This document shows positions 55,060-64,000 of a stretch of 64,000 bases of DNA, piece after piece. The DNA comes from an uncultured Myxococcales bacterium (GTDB lineage: Bacteria; Myxococcota_A; UBA9042; CAIXZC01), in contig CAZVFX010000020.1 in the NCBI GenBank assembly GCA_964626565.1, forward strand, positions 6,152 to 70,151, given 5' to 3'. Every line of letters begins with the position of its first letter. The stretch's first letter is position 1. The notes beneath the pieces are model-generated. The model did no database searches. It had not been told where the DNA came from and saw only the letters and a list, made by a program, of their open reading frames with translations. A program made the translations under genes and the position numbers.

Positions 55060-56231
55060 GAACGTCGACACGACTGGTGAGCGCAGCTCTGTCCCTCCTG
55101 CTGTTGTGCCCTGCATGCGCGGATCGGGAGCCGGCGCCGGCGCCCCCCGCCCCGGGGGAGCAGGCGCCCCCCCGGGAGGACGTTCAGTGCGTCGAATTGG
55201 ACGAATCGAAAGCGAGCCGGTTTGTGGCGCTATCGCTTCACTGCGTGGACCGAGAATTCCCCAACAAGCCGTCCAACGTTGTGGATGGGGACGACACGGT
55301 GAGGCCGCCCCGGGAATTGACGCCTGCCTTTTACGGCTGCTTCGACTGGCACTCCGCGGTCCACGGCCACTGGGCCATGGTGAGGGTGTTGAAGCGCTAC
55401 CCCGGCATCAGCGAGGCCGCCGAGATTCGCGCCGCGCTGGACCGCCACCTCACACCCGAACTGATTCAGAAGGAGGTGGAGTACTTCACCGCGTCACGGA
55501 ACAAGACTTTCGAGCGCCCCTACGGCTGGGGCTGGCTGCTGCGGCTGGCCGCAGAGTTGCACTCCTTCGAGGATCCCGATGCCAAACGCTGGTATGCGGC
55601 CCTGAAGCCGTTGGCCGCCCTGCTGGCCGATCGGACGAAGGCATATCTTACAGTGCTGTCATCCCCGATCCGAGCGGGCACCCATCCCAACACCGCGTTC
55701 GCCCTGGTCCACATGTGGGATTATGCCCGCCAGGTCGGGGACGGGGGGCTGGAAAAAGCCATTGCGGAGGCGGCGAAGCGGTTCTACCTGGAAGACCGCA
55801 GCTGCCCAACGGAATACGAGCCGTCGGGCGAAGATTTCATCTCGCCGTGCCTGGCCGAGGCTGACATTATGCGACGGGTGTTGAAGCCGGTCGAGTTCTC
55901 TGCCTGGCTCGCAGACTTCCTCCCCGATCCTTCCAGCTCAGAATTCGGCCCGCTGCGCAACCCGCCGGAGGTGCGAGACCGAAGAGACCCGAAAATCGGG
56001 CACTTGATCGGCCTCGATTTTCAGCGGGCCTGGGCCTTCAACGGCCTGGCCGCCGACCTGCCGGAAGGGGACTCACGGAGGGAACAGTTTTCCAAACTGT
56101 CCCGGCTTCATTGCAAGGCCGGTGTGGACCTGATGTTCGACAGCGGCTACGGCGGCAGCCACTGGCTCGCCTCGTTCGCACTCTACCAGCTTACAGAGGT
56201 GGGTGTTGGTGGGAAAATTACTCCCCGATGA
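55056..56231 (+). CDS. DUF2891-family exported protein/lipoprotein
   Basis: FYGCFDWHSAVHGHW, FERPYGWGWLL, HPNTAF, EPSGEDFISPCLAEA, YGGSHWLASFA. Confidence 0.85.
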   Translation: MRTSTRLVSAALSLLLLCPACADREPAPAPPAPGEQAPPREDVQCVELDESKASRFVALSLHCVDREFPNKPSNVVDGDDTVRPPRELTPAFYGCFDWHSAVHGHWAMVRVLKRYPGISEAAEIRAALDRHLTPELIQKEVEYFTASRNKTFERPYGWGWLLRLAAELHSFEDPDAKRWYAALKPLAALLADRTKAYLTVLSSPIRAGTHPNTAFALVHMWDYARQVGDGGLEKAIAEAAKRFYLEDRSCPTEYEPSGEDFISPCLAEADIMRRVLKPVEFSAWLADFLPDPSSSEFGPLRNPPEVRDRRDPKIGHLIGLDFQRAWAFNGLAADLPEGDSRREQFSKLSRLHCKAGVDLMFDSGYGGSHWLASFALYQLTEVGVGGKITPR

Positions 56232-58740
56232 CGCCGGCGTAGCGCATGGCCCAGTAGGGCAGCAGCCAGGCCATGGGGCCCTGAACTCCGGTGCCGTTGC
56301 CCCCGTCGTATTTGACGTGCAGATTGCCGTTCCACCAGACAGTGCGAATCTCATCGTAGGGAAACACTGTGGCGAACTGGGGGTCGTCGAAACGGTCGTC
56401 AGGCCAATCCGCGGCGTCCATGCGATGGCTGTTGTCCATTTCGAAGATGCGCTGGTCAAAGGGCATCTCCCGAAGGCTCTGGAGCGCAGGCTCCATCTCG
56501 GTGTGCTCGAAACCAGCCAGCAACGCCACGTACGCGGTCCACAGCGGGTTTCGCTCCACCTTTTCCCACTCGTATAAGAAGAGCAGGCTGTCGATCCAGA
56601 TCTGCCGGCGGTCGTCGTCGGGCTCGTAGCGGATAAGCGTGTTGTACGCCATCATGGCCAACTCGTGGTCCGAGTGATTCATGAAAGACGGGTTGGTGAT
56701 GGTGTACGTATCTTCGTGGGGCATGGCCACCTGATCGTACTTGTGCACCGTGACCAGCTCTTCGTAGGCATCAAAAAACTTCTGGTCACCCGTGATGTGC
56801 CAGGCGCCCAGCAAGTGCCCCAGGATCTCGATGGAGTTCAGCCACCCTTCCCCATGCCACGAGCCGATGCAGAACGATACCGCCTCCACCTTGTTCTCCG
56901 CCTCGTCTGCGGCTTCAATGCACGCGTCCATACCGTCGGCCGCGGCCCCGATGCGCTCCGGGTACCAGTGCCCATGCCCGGTTTTCACACCGTCCAGATC
57001 TATCAGCTTGTAGTCGTTGTCGACAAGGTAGGATGCCGCAAGCCAGACGCGATCGGCCAACTCCTGGCGCTCCTCGTCTGTCTTCGCACACAGGTCGTAG
57101 AACAAAGGATAGCCGTAGAAATGCCCGGCATACTCATCGGAAGAGGTGTCGTCCTTCCAGTAGTAGTCGTGCCCCTCGTAGTTGACCAGGTGCCAGTTCT
57201 CCTGGGGAATCTTGTTGTCGTAGACGCCGCCCTCGTCGTCCCGGACCAGTGACCGGGTGATAAAGCCGGTCTGTTTTCCTTCCTCGGCGAAGCTGATCGC
57301 GGGGATGTCCACCTGCAAATACATGACATCGGTAGCCTTGCGGGCTTTGTCGTAGTAGTACTCGTCGCCGGTGGCCGCGTACGCGTAACACCACGCCCCA
57401 ATTTGCATCTGGGTCCACAGCCCGTCGTTGTCCTTGTCGCTGACGAACCAGGAGGTAGGCTCCCACGGATCGTCGGTCCAGGCGTCGGAAGGGACAAACC
57501 CGTCCATGCGCCAGAAGTGCTCGTCCTGCAGCTCTTCCATATGCTGCGCCTTCTCCGCCAGGGTGCGGCTTACCCACTCGATGCGGCTGATGCCGGCAGG
57601 AGTCCCCAGCCAGATCCGCCCCTGGTCATCGACGGCTGCGGCATTGACCTGGTTATGGGGCAGCCAGCGCTGAGAGGTGTAGTGATCGAGCCTCGCAAAT
57701 GCCTTGCCACCGGCAAACGGCTCTTCCAGCGCACTAGCGCCGATACCGTGGGCCAGCACCAGACGGCCACCACCGAGAGCCAGTCCCCGCACATCGTGGT
57801 ACGGGATGCTGCCTACCCCGGGCTCCACGATCTGGACATCGCCCGCTTCAATTCTGGCGATGCCGGTTGCTGCTCCCGCCAGCACAGCTCCATCCGGGGC
57901 CGCCAGCACTGAGCGGACATCGTCATCGGATATGGGGTGCGAGGCCAGCACGTCGCCATCCCAGGAATGCAGTCCGGCATCGGTGGCGAGCCATAGCACC
58001 CCCTCAGCGTCCTCAGCCAGACCTCGGATCTCCATACCTTGCAACTGTCCGCCACCAACCTCAGCAAACCCCGGGTCGAGGCTACCTTTCTCGAGGGCGA
58101 ACAGCCCGCCGGCCGCGGTCCCCACAAAGATCTCCGCTGCGCCCAATTCCACCGCGGTCAGAGCAGGGCCCGGACTGTACACGAAGTCGGTTTGTTGTGA
58201 GCCGGTATTGTGGTAACCCACGCGGGTGGCCGTCGCAAAGATGAGGGTTCCGTCCTCATCCAGAGTGCGGGCGATGTCCACCACCGGTTCCGACACTCCC
58301 GCCGGAATATATGCGGCCTCAAACTTACCGGTATCTTCGTCAAACCTGTACACCCCGTCGGCAGTACCGGCCCACGTCTCCCCGCCGGCTGCAGACAGAC
58401 AGCGAACATCAAGGGAAGGCAAGGTCTCAACCGTCCGATACATGGTCCGCTCATCCATGAGGTACGGGTCCGATGCCTTGGCCAACTCCGGGCTGTCTTC
58501 CTTGTGAAAGAACGCTGGGTCGGGATAGACAAAGGGCACGTCCGCGGGCGGAGCATCAACCGTCTCTTCCGGAGGTTGCACGTCCGCACCCGTATCCGCA
58601 GGCAGTTCCGCACCCGCGTCCGCGAGCAGATCCGCAAGCAGCTCGACCCCACCTGCATCCGCCACGTCAGTTGCCCCTCCTCCACCAGAGGAGCAAGCCA
58701 ACAACGCACAACCTGCCAGAATAATCAGCACTGGTCTCAT
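56218..58740 (-). CDS. Large lipoprotein: ligand-binding beta-propeller + helical hydrolase-like C-terminal domain
   Basis: Lipobox LLAC; repeats ETWAGTADG, VLWLATDAG, RIWLGTPAG; C-terminal DNDGLWT, DTSSDE, NHSDHEL, WLLPYW. Confidence 0.7.
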   Translation of the reverse strand: MRPVLIILAGCALLACSSGGGGATDVADAGGVELLADLLADAGAELPADTGADVQPPEETVDAPPADVPFVYPDPAFFHKEDSPELAKASDPYLMDERTMYRTVETLPSLDVRCLSAAGGETWAGTADGVYRFDEDTGKFEAAYIPAGVSEPVVDIARTLDEDGTLIFATATRVGYHNTGSQQTDFVYSPGPALTAVELGAAEIFVGTAAGGLFALEKGSLDPGFAEVGGGQLQGMEIRGLAEDAEGVLWLATDAGLHSWDGDVLASHPISDDDVRSVLAAPDGAVLAGAATGIARIEAGDVQIVEPGVGSIPYHDVRGLALGGGRLVLAHGIGASALEEPFAGGKAFARLDHYTSQRWLPHNQVNAAAVDDQGRIWLGTPAGISRIEWVSRTLAEKAQHMEELQDEHFWRMDGFVPSDAWTDDPWEPTSWFVSDKDNDGLWTQMQIGAWCYAYAATGDEYYYDKARKATDVMYLQVDIPAISFAEEGKQTGFITRSLVRDDEGGVYDNKIPQENWHLVNYEGHDYYWKDDTSSDEYAGHFYGYPLFYDLCAKTDEERQELADRVWLAASYLVDNDYKLIDLDGVKTGHGHWYPERIGAAADGMDACIEAADEAENKVEAVSFCIGSWHGEGWLNSIEILGHLLGAWHITGDQKFFDAYEELVTVHKYDQVAMPHEDTYTITNPSFMNHSDHELAMMAYNTLIRYEPDDDRRQIWIDSLLFLYEWEKVERNPLWTAYVALLAGFEHTEMEPALQSLREMPFDQRIFEMDNSHRMDAADWPDDRFDDPQFATVFPYDEIRTVWWNGNLHVKYDGGNGTGVQGPMAWLLPYWAMRYAGVIGE

Positions 58741-58768
58741 GGTCTCACCTGTCGAATTTTGTGTTTCG

Positions 58769-58826
58769 GCTCACAGCTCAAAGCTCACTGCTCACAGCCC
58801 AAAGCCCAAGACTCACAGCTCACAGC
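58769..58826. repeat. Intergenic heptamer tandem repeat, consensus GCTCACA x8
   Basis: gctcaca gctcaaa gctcact gctcaca gcccaaa gcccaag actcaca gctcaca gc. Confidence 0.9.
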
Positions 58827-58832
58827 CGCCTA

Positions 58833-61800
58833 TTAGTCGCAGTGAGAGCCCAGCCCGTCCAGAGTGTCCTTGGGGAAGATCTCCCATTCCATCGCCGGGT
58901 CGAAATCATCGCCGCCGTTGGAATCTCCGGAGCTGACCAGGCAGGTGCGCCGCAAGGTCATATCCTTGGTGGAAACGATGCCGCCCGCACCGGTCCAGGC
59001 TTCACCAGGGTCTTCGCCTATCTTGCCAATGATATCCGCGGGCTGTCCCAGGCAATCCAGAGCCACCGCATCATTACCGGTAAAATTGATGTTCCCGGAG
59101 GTCTGGTCACAGGCACTGTCGTCGGAGATGCTGGGATTGCAGACTACATAGGTGCCGCCGCCCCCAATAGGAACCGCATTCAGCGCCACGGTCTTGGATA
59201 TGGTGGGAGAACCGTTGGTGAACACCAGGATCGCACACTGAGACAGATCAAACTGGCCTTGACCGGCATAGTAGATCTCAAGGGCTTTGTTGTAAGAACC
59301 GCCTTCGATATACTCGCTGAAGAAGAGGGCGGGTCCGGAAGGTCCGCCGCCCTGTCCGATATAGCTGAACGGGGCCGCGCTGCCCTGCTGGTCGAGGATG
59401 GGATCGCCGTTGTAGACGTATGGGCCGGCCATGATGCCCAGCTCGCCCGGGTCATAGGCAACTTCGAAGTCAACGTTTACCGTCTCCCCGTCACCCACGG
59501 TGCCGGAGGGGATGGTGCCCACAAACTCGTCGTTGTTGTTTATGTCCGCGTTGAAAGTCATCGCCACCGTATCAGGTTCCTGCTGGCCCTGCACGGTGTA
59601 AAGCATGGTGGCCTTGATGCCCGCGCCCGGCCCGCCCGCCTCGGTCACATTGGGCATGTAGATCTGCAGATATATGTCGAGGGGCTGACTGCCCGGGAAA
59701 GGCAGCCCCGTGGTGGGCCACACGTCGCCGGCCCACTCCACCTCGCAAAGGTCGGGAATGGCGTCCTGGTCGTTGTCCAAGGCGTCGTCTCCCAGCGGGC
59801 AGACATCAGCGGAATCGGGCACGCCGTCCTGGTCGGTATCCACGCAGGGCGCCGCATCCACACAATCCTCGTCGACGCAGTCGAACTTGCCGTCGTCGTC
59901 GTTGTCCAACTCGTCGTCACATTCGATTTCGCCGCAACCGTCGATGCCCTGACAGACCGGGTCATCGCAGTCAGTGAGCCCGTTGTCGTCGTCGTCCTCC
60001 TGGTTGCTGCAGTCTGTTTCCACGCACAGGTCGTTGGGGGCTCCGGGCGTACCGCCGTCGCCGTCACCGAACGTCGTGGTTGAGGGGCACCAGAAGGCGG
60101 AGTCGTTGTTGGAGGTGGAGTCGGTGGCGTCCACAGCCAACTGCAGGCTGGAGCCGTTGGGTATGGTCCAGAAGCCTTCCGGCGCATACACTACCTCATC
60201 GGCTACCACTTCTCCGAATGAGAGAATGATCTCGTCTTCATCATTGGCCAGGGTGAAGCCGGAGTACACGTAATCGATGGGCGCGCCGCCGTTGACCTGC
60301 TTGTCATCGTTGCGGCCCAACACCAGGTACTGGTCCGGCGCAATGACCAACGAGCTTTCCACGGTGAACTCGTTGTTGCCGAAGTCCATCACGGTCATCC
60401 CCTTCAGTTCATACTCGATCTCGGACGCGTTGTAGATTTCGAACCACTCCTTCTGGGAGTCGGTGCCGGTGGGGTTGGCCATGATCTCGGTGATCACCAG
60501 GTCTCCCGGCTCGGGAACAGGAAGACACTCGGGCGCTTCGGAGCAGTCGTCGACGTCATCGCAGTCGGTGAGCCCATCACAGTCGTTGTCCGTTTCGTCG
60601 GTGCAATCCATTTCCGCCTGGCAGTTGGAATCATCAGCACACAGCGGATCGCAGCAGTCCACCAGGTCGTCGCCGTTGTCATCCTGGTCGTTGCCGCAAT
60701 CTTCGCAAATCCAGTCGCCGGACTCGCACTGGCCGTTGACACAGACGTCGCCGTCGGTGCATTCCTCGGCGTCACTGCAGTCGATGTCCAGGTTGGTGGT
60801 TTCGCACCCGGCGTCGGGGTTGCACACGTTTCCCGTGCACTGATTCTGGTCGTCGCAGAATCCGTCGTTGGGAGCGTTGACCACCACGTCGTTCTCTTCG
60901 TCGCAGGAGTCGTCGGTGCAGTCGATCTGGTCATCAATCTCCGGGACCGGGCCATCCTCGCAGATACCGGTATCCGAGGCGCAGGTTTCAAGGCCGTTGC
61001 AGAAGACGCCGTCGTCGCACACTTTCTCGGTGCCGCCGCATTCCCCGTCAGCGCAAATGTCGTCATAGGTGCACAGGTCGAGGTCGTCGCACCCCAGGGT
61101 GTTGTCCGTGTATTGGCACCCATCGGTAAGGTGACAGGAATCGTCGGTGCAGACGTTGGCATCGTCGCAATGCACGTCATTGGGGGTGTTCACCACCTGG
61201 TCGTTGTCCTCGTCGCAGGAATCGTCGGTGCACGCCACCAGGTCATCCAGTTCCGGCGCTTCGCCGTCCAGGCAGTCCTCGATGGCATCGCAGTACTCTT
61301 CGCCGTTGCACCACAACGTGTCGTCGCACAGGGTATCGTCGGCCTCATGCACCACAACGTCATTCTCTTCGTCGCAGGAATCCACGGTGCACACCACCAG
61401 GTCATCCAACTCCGGCGGCTCACCATCCAGGCACCCTTCAACATCGTCGCAGTACTCCTCGCCGTCGCAGAAAGTAGCATTGTCGCAGAGCAGGTCCGAC
61501 GCGGTGTGGGTTACGACGTCATTTTCCTCGTCGCACTCATCTTCGGTGCAGTCCACCAGGTCGTCCAGTTCGGGCGGTGTACCTTCAATGCAACCCAGTT
61601 CAACATCACAAACCTCGGGGCCGTTGCAGAACTCACCATCATCGCAGAAGTCGGAGTCAGGCTCGTTGACCACCACATCGTTCTCTTCGTCGCATGAGTC
61701 GATGGTGCACTCCAGCTCGTCGTCTATGACCGGTTCCTCGCCGTCCAGGCAACCTTCCGCTGCGTCGCACACTTCGGCGCCGTTGCACCACAGTGCGTCA

Positions 61801-63074
61801 TCGCAGGCGGTGTGGTCGAGCTCGTTGACCACCACGTCGTTCTCTTCATCGCAGGAGTCCACGGTGCAATCCACCAGGTCGTCCACTACCGGCGCTTCCC
61901 CTTCCAGGCAGCCGCTGGCCGCGTCGCAAGTCTCCAGCCCGTTGCAGAAGTCGCCGTCATCGCAAACCACCGGTTCACTGATGCACTCACCACCGTCGTC
62001 GTTGACATCGCAGATGTCCACGGTGCAGGCGTCGGCGTCGTCGCACAATGCGTCGGTGGCCACATGGACTATCATGTCCGACTCTTCGTCGCACTCCTCA
62101 ACTGTGCAATCGACAAGGTCATCGTCTACGGGAACCGGCCCCTCGAGGCAATCCCCGGTGTCGGGGTCGCACGTTTCCAGGCCGTTGCAGAACTCACCGT
62201 CGTCGCACACCACGTCGTCGGCCAGGCATTCGCCGGCCACGCAAGTGTCGTCTTCGGTGCAATTATCACCGTCGTCGCACTCCACGTCGTCCAGGTTGGT
62301 GTCCTGGCAACCTTCCTCAGCGTCGCACACGTTGGTGGTGCACATGTTGCCGTCGTCGCACGCATCGTCATCGGGCGTGTGGACAACTTCGTCCTCGTCT
62401 TCATCGCATTCGTCCACGGTGCACTCGACGCCGTCATCAATCTCGGGCACATCCTCGGCCACGCAGTCGCCGGTTTCGCCGTCGCAAACCTCGAGGCCGT
62501 TGCACCACAATTCGTCGTCACAGATTATCGGTGCGCCGCCGCACTCCTTGTCCGCACATTGGTCGTTTTCGGTACAAAGGTCACCGTCGTCACAGGCAGC
62601 ATCGTTGGCCAGCGCCTTGCAGCCGCCCATTTCGGGGTCGCACACGTTGTCGGTGCACTCGTTACCGTCATCGCACCCTACGTCGTCGGGGGTGTGGGTA
62701 ATCTCGTTGGTGGCTTCATTACATTCGTCCACCGTGCACGATACGCCGTCGTCCAGTTCCGGCGGCGTTGTGCCTGCACACTCACCGGTCGCAGGGTCGC
62801 AAGTCTCAACGCCGTTACAGAACAGGTCGTCGTCACACTCTTTGGCCGTGCCCTCGCACACGCCGTCAGCGTTGCAGGTGTCGCCCTCGGTACAGGGGTC
62901 TCCGTCGTCGCACGCATCACCCTCCACACACACATCGATGCCGGCATCGCCGCCCGCATCCTCGGTAGCAACAGCATCCTTGTCGTCGTCGCCGCCCCCG
63001 CCCCCACAACCGGCAGGAAGTGCAGTGAACATCACCAACGCAGCCAGCACGGCAAACAGTTTAAGACTTCTCAT
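58833..63074 (-). CDS. Giant Cys/Asp-rich repeat surface lipoprotein with two lamin-tail domains
   Basis: Lipobox PAGC; nine CDDxxxCNGxExCD-type units; DxDxDG calcium-type loops; LTDs LVITEIMANP...EWFEIYN and LFFSEYIEGGSYNKALEIY. Confidence 0.88.
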   Translation of the reverse strand: MRSLKLFAVLAALVMFTALPAGCGGGGGDDDKDAVATEDAGGDAGIDVCVEGDACDDGDPCTEGDTCNADGVCEGTAKECDDDLFCNGVETCDPATGECAGTTPPELDDGVSCTVDECNEATNEITHTPDDVGCDDGNECTDNVCDPEMGGCKALANDAACDDGDLCTENDQCADKECGGAPIICDDELWCNGLEVCDGETGDCVAEDVPEIDDGVECTVDECDEDEDEVVHTPDDDACDDGNMCTTNVCDAEEGCQDTNLDDVECDDGDNCTEDDTCVAGECLADDVVCDDGEFCNGLETCDPDTGDCLEGPVPVDDDLVDCTVEECDEESDMIVHVATDALCDDADACTVDICDVNDDGGECISEPVVCDDGDFCNGLETCDAASGCLEGEAPVVDDLVDCTVDSCDEENDVVVNELDHTACDDALWCNGAEVCDAAEGCLDGEEPVIDDELECTIDSCDEENDVVVNEPDSDFCDDGEFCNGPEVCDVELGCIEGTPPELDDLVDCTEDECDEENDVVTHTASDLLCDNATFCDGEEYCDDVEGCLDGEPPELDDLVVCTVDSCDEENDVVVHEADDTLCDDTLWCNGEEYCDAIEDCLDGEAPELDDLVACTDDSCDEDNDQVVNTPNDVHCDDANVCTDDSCHLTDGCQYTDNTLGCDDLDLCTYDDICADGECGGTEKVCDDGVFCNGLETCASDTGICEDGPVPEIDDQIDCTDDSCDEENDVVVNAPNDGFCDDQNQCTGNVCNPDAGCETTNLDIDCSDAEECTDGDVCVNGQCESGDWICEDCGNDQDDNGDDLVDCCDPLCADDSNCQAEMDCTDETDNDCDGLTDCDDVDDCSEAPECLPVPEPGDLVITEIMANPTGTDSQKEWFEIYNASEIEYELKGMTVMDFGNNEFTVESSLVIAPDQYLVLGRNDDKQVNGGAPIDYVYSGFTLANDEDEIILSFGEVVADEVVYAPEGFWTIPNGSSLQLAVDATDSTSNNDSAFWCPSTTTFGDGDGGTPGAPNDLCVETDCSNQEDDDDNGLTDCDDPVCQGIDGCGEIECDDELDNDDDGKFDCVDEDCVDAAPCVDTDQDGVPDSADVCPLGDDALDNDQDAIPDLCEVEWAGDVWPTTGLPFPGSQPLDIYLQIYMPNVTEAGGPGAGIKATMLYTVQGQQEPDTVAMTFNADINNNDEFVGTIPSGTVGDGETVNVDFEVAYDPGELGIMAGPYVYNGDPILDQQGSAAPFSYIGQGGGPSGPALFFSEYIEGGSYNKALEIYYAGQGQFDLSQCAILVFTNGSPTISKTVALNAVPIGGGGTYVVCNPSISDDSACDQTSGNINFTGNDAVALDCLGQPADIIGKIGEDPGEAWTGAGGIVSTKDMTLRRTCLVSSGDSNGGDDFDPAMEWEIFPKDTLDGLGSHCD

Positions 63075-63246
63075 ATGGTCCCCCGTTTATTTAGCGACCC
63101 GCCCATGGGCGAGCCCGAATTAACAAGATCAGTACTACTACGATCGACAAGGAGTGTATTTATTTCGGTATCAGTTGGCAAGCGGTTAGCTGGCCTCTTC
63201 AAGTAGCACAGTCGCCGCTCTTGCATTTGGCTTAGATATTGAGTCA

Positions 63247-63270
63247 AATTACTCATGGCATTGAGTAATT
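63247..63270. promoter_or_regulatory. Palindrome upstream of the AAA+ ATPase gene, possible operator
   Basis: AATTACTCA-tggcat-TGAGTAATT, ending 15 nt before the ATG. Confidence 0.4.
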
Positions 63271-63285
63271 GGTGCGGGAGGTGCT

Positions 63286-64000
63286 ATGTTTCGTCGAGAA
63301 ATGGCTGAGACTCTTGAGCAGAGACTCACGGAATCCAGGCAGTTCATCCAGGTTCTGGTCGGCCCTCGCCAGACGGGCAAGACCACTATCGCAAGACAGG
63401 TGATGAAGCACTTGACCGTTCCGGTTCGCTACGCGACCGCTGACGAACCGGCCCTGAAACAAGCGGGCTGGATGGAACAACAGTGGGAACTGGCGAGACT
63501 TACGGCAAAACCCGACGGAGTACTCATTCTCGATGAGATTCACAAGTTGCCGGGGTGGGCCGAAACCGTCAAGCGCTTGTGGGATGCCGACTCCATGGCC
63601 GCCGGCGGATTGCGGGTTGTCTTGCTGGGCTCCTCGCCATTGCTGATGCAGAAAGGTCTGACGGAGTCCTTGGCCGGCCGATTCGAGCTGATCAGAGTCC
63701 CACACTGGGACTTTGACGAGATGTCCCAGGCGTTCGGCTACACCTTTGAAGAATATGTGGTGCTCGGAGGGTACCCGGGGGCAGCCTCCCTGCGAGAGGA
63801 CTTTGCCCGCTGGCGAAGCTACATACTCGACGCCTTGGTGGAGACGGCCATCTCCCGGGACATTCTGTTGATGACTCGGGTTGACAAACCTGCGCTCCTG
63901 CGGAGGACCTATGAGCTGGCGTGTGCACATTCCGGACAGATTCTCTCCTTCCAGAAAATGGTAGGCCAACTGCAGGACGCCGGCAACACGACAACCATCG
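63286..64000 (+). CDS. AAA+ ATPase (AAA_14/DUF4143 family), 3' truncated by window edge
   Basis: Not in ORF track (no stop). GGAGGT RBS; MFRREMAETLEQRL...VGPRQTGKTT, LDEIHK, LLGSS, ESLAGRFE. Confidence 0.9.
   Translation, partial: MFRREMAETLEQRLTESRQFIQVLVGPRQTGKTTIARQVMKHLTVPVRYATADEPALKQAGWMEQQWELARLTAKPDGVLILDEIHKLPGWAETVKRLWDADSMAAGGLRVVLLGSSPLLMQKGLTESLAGRFELIRVPHWDFDEMSQAFGYTFEEYVVLGGYPGAASLREDFARWRSYILDALVETAISRDILLMTRVDKPALLRRTYELACAHSGQILSFQKMVGQLQDAGNTTTI

Noticed and set aside
63176-63190. Sigma54 promoter TGGCAAGCGGTTAGC
   Set aside because: Two mismatches to consensus and no enhancer-binding protein in view; chance match is plausible
63253-63969. 238-aa minus-strand ORF
   Set aside because: Antisense to the real, stop-less AAA+ ATPase starting at 63286

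Overview
GC-rich bacterial chromosomal window, densely coded, with no rRNA, tRNA, CRISPR array or transposase that I can support. Acidic Cys-rich lipoproteins, a CglF/GltF-like protein and an ECF/anti-sigma/caspase module point to a Myxococcota-like deltaproteobacterium (inference). Left to right: (1) a minus-strand respiratory operon joining an NAD(P)/FAD Fe-S flavoprotein, Rieske protein, cytochrome b, an 8-heme cytochrome c, a Tat-exported NapA-like nitrate reductase, NapG, NapH and a truncated secreted protein; (2) a yahF/yahG-type (FdrA + DUF1116) operon with deaminase, cyclase and C-N hydrolase; (3) Sel1 lipoprotein, HrpB, VWA lipoprotein, hybrid histidine kinase, Cys-rich lipoprotein, deoxynucleoside kinase, a 48-bp tandem repeat and a Ser/Thr kinase with 21 WD40 repeats; (4) a CRTAC1 lipoprotein and a four-gene Zn-ribbon/OB-fold + DUF112 + YdjM-like cassette; (5) a seven-gene orphan biosynthetic operon (B12 radical SAM, homocitrate-synthase-like, two-subunit aconitase, degenerate TrxB-fold flavoprotein, LuxE, LuxC); (6) ECF sigma/anti-sigma/secreted caspase behind a nested inverted-repeat element; (7) a sodium:solute symporter, a small peptide plus SPASM radical SAM, M28 peptidase, DUF2891; (8) two large surface lipoproteins and a truncated AAA+ ATPase. 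Best candidates for undescribed systems: the flavoprotein-bc-Nap operon, the B12-rSAM/LuxEC operon, the OB-fold/DUF112 cassette and the peptide/SPASM pair. Family calls come from motif recognition only; no searches were run.
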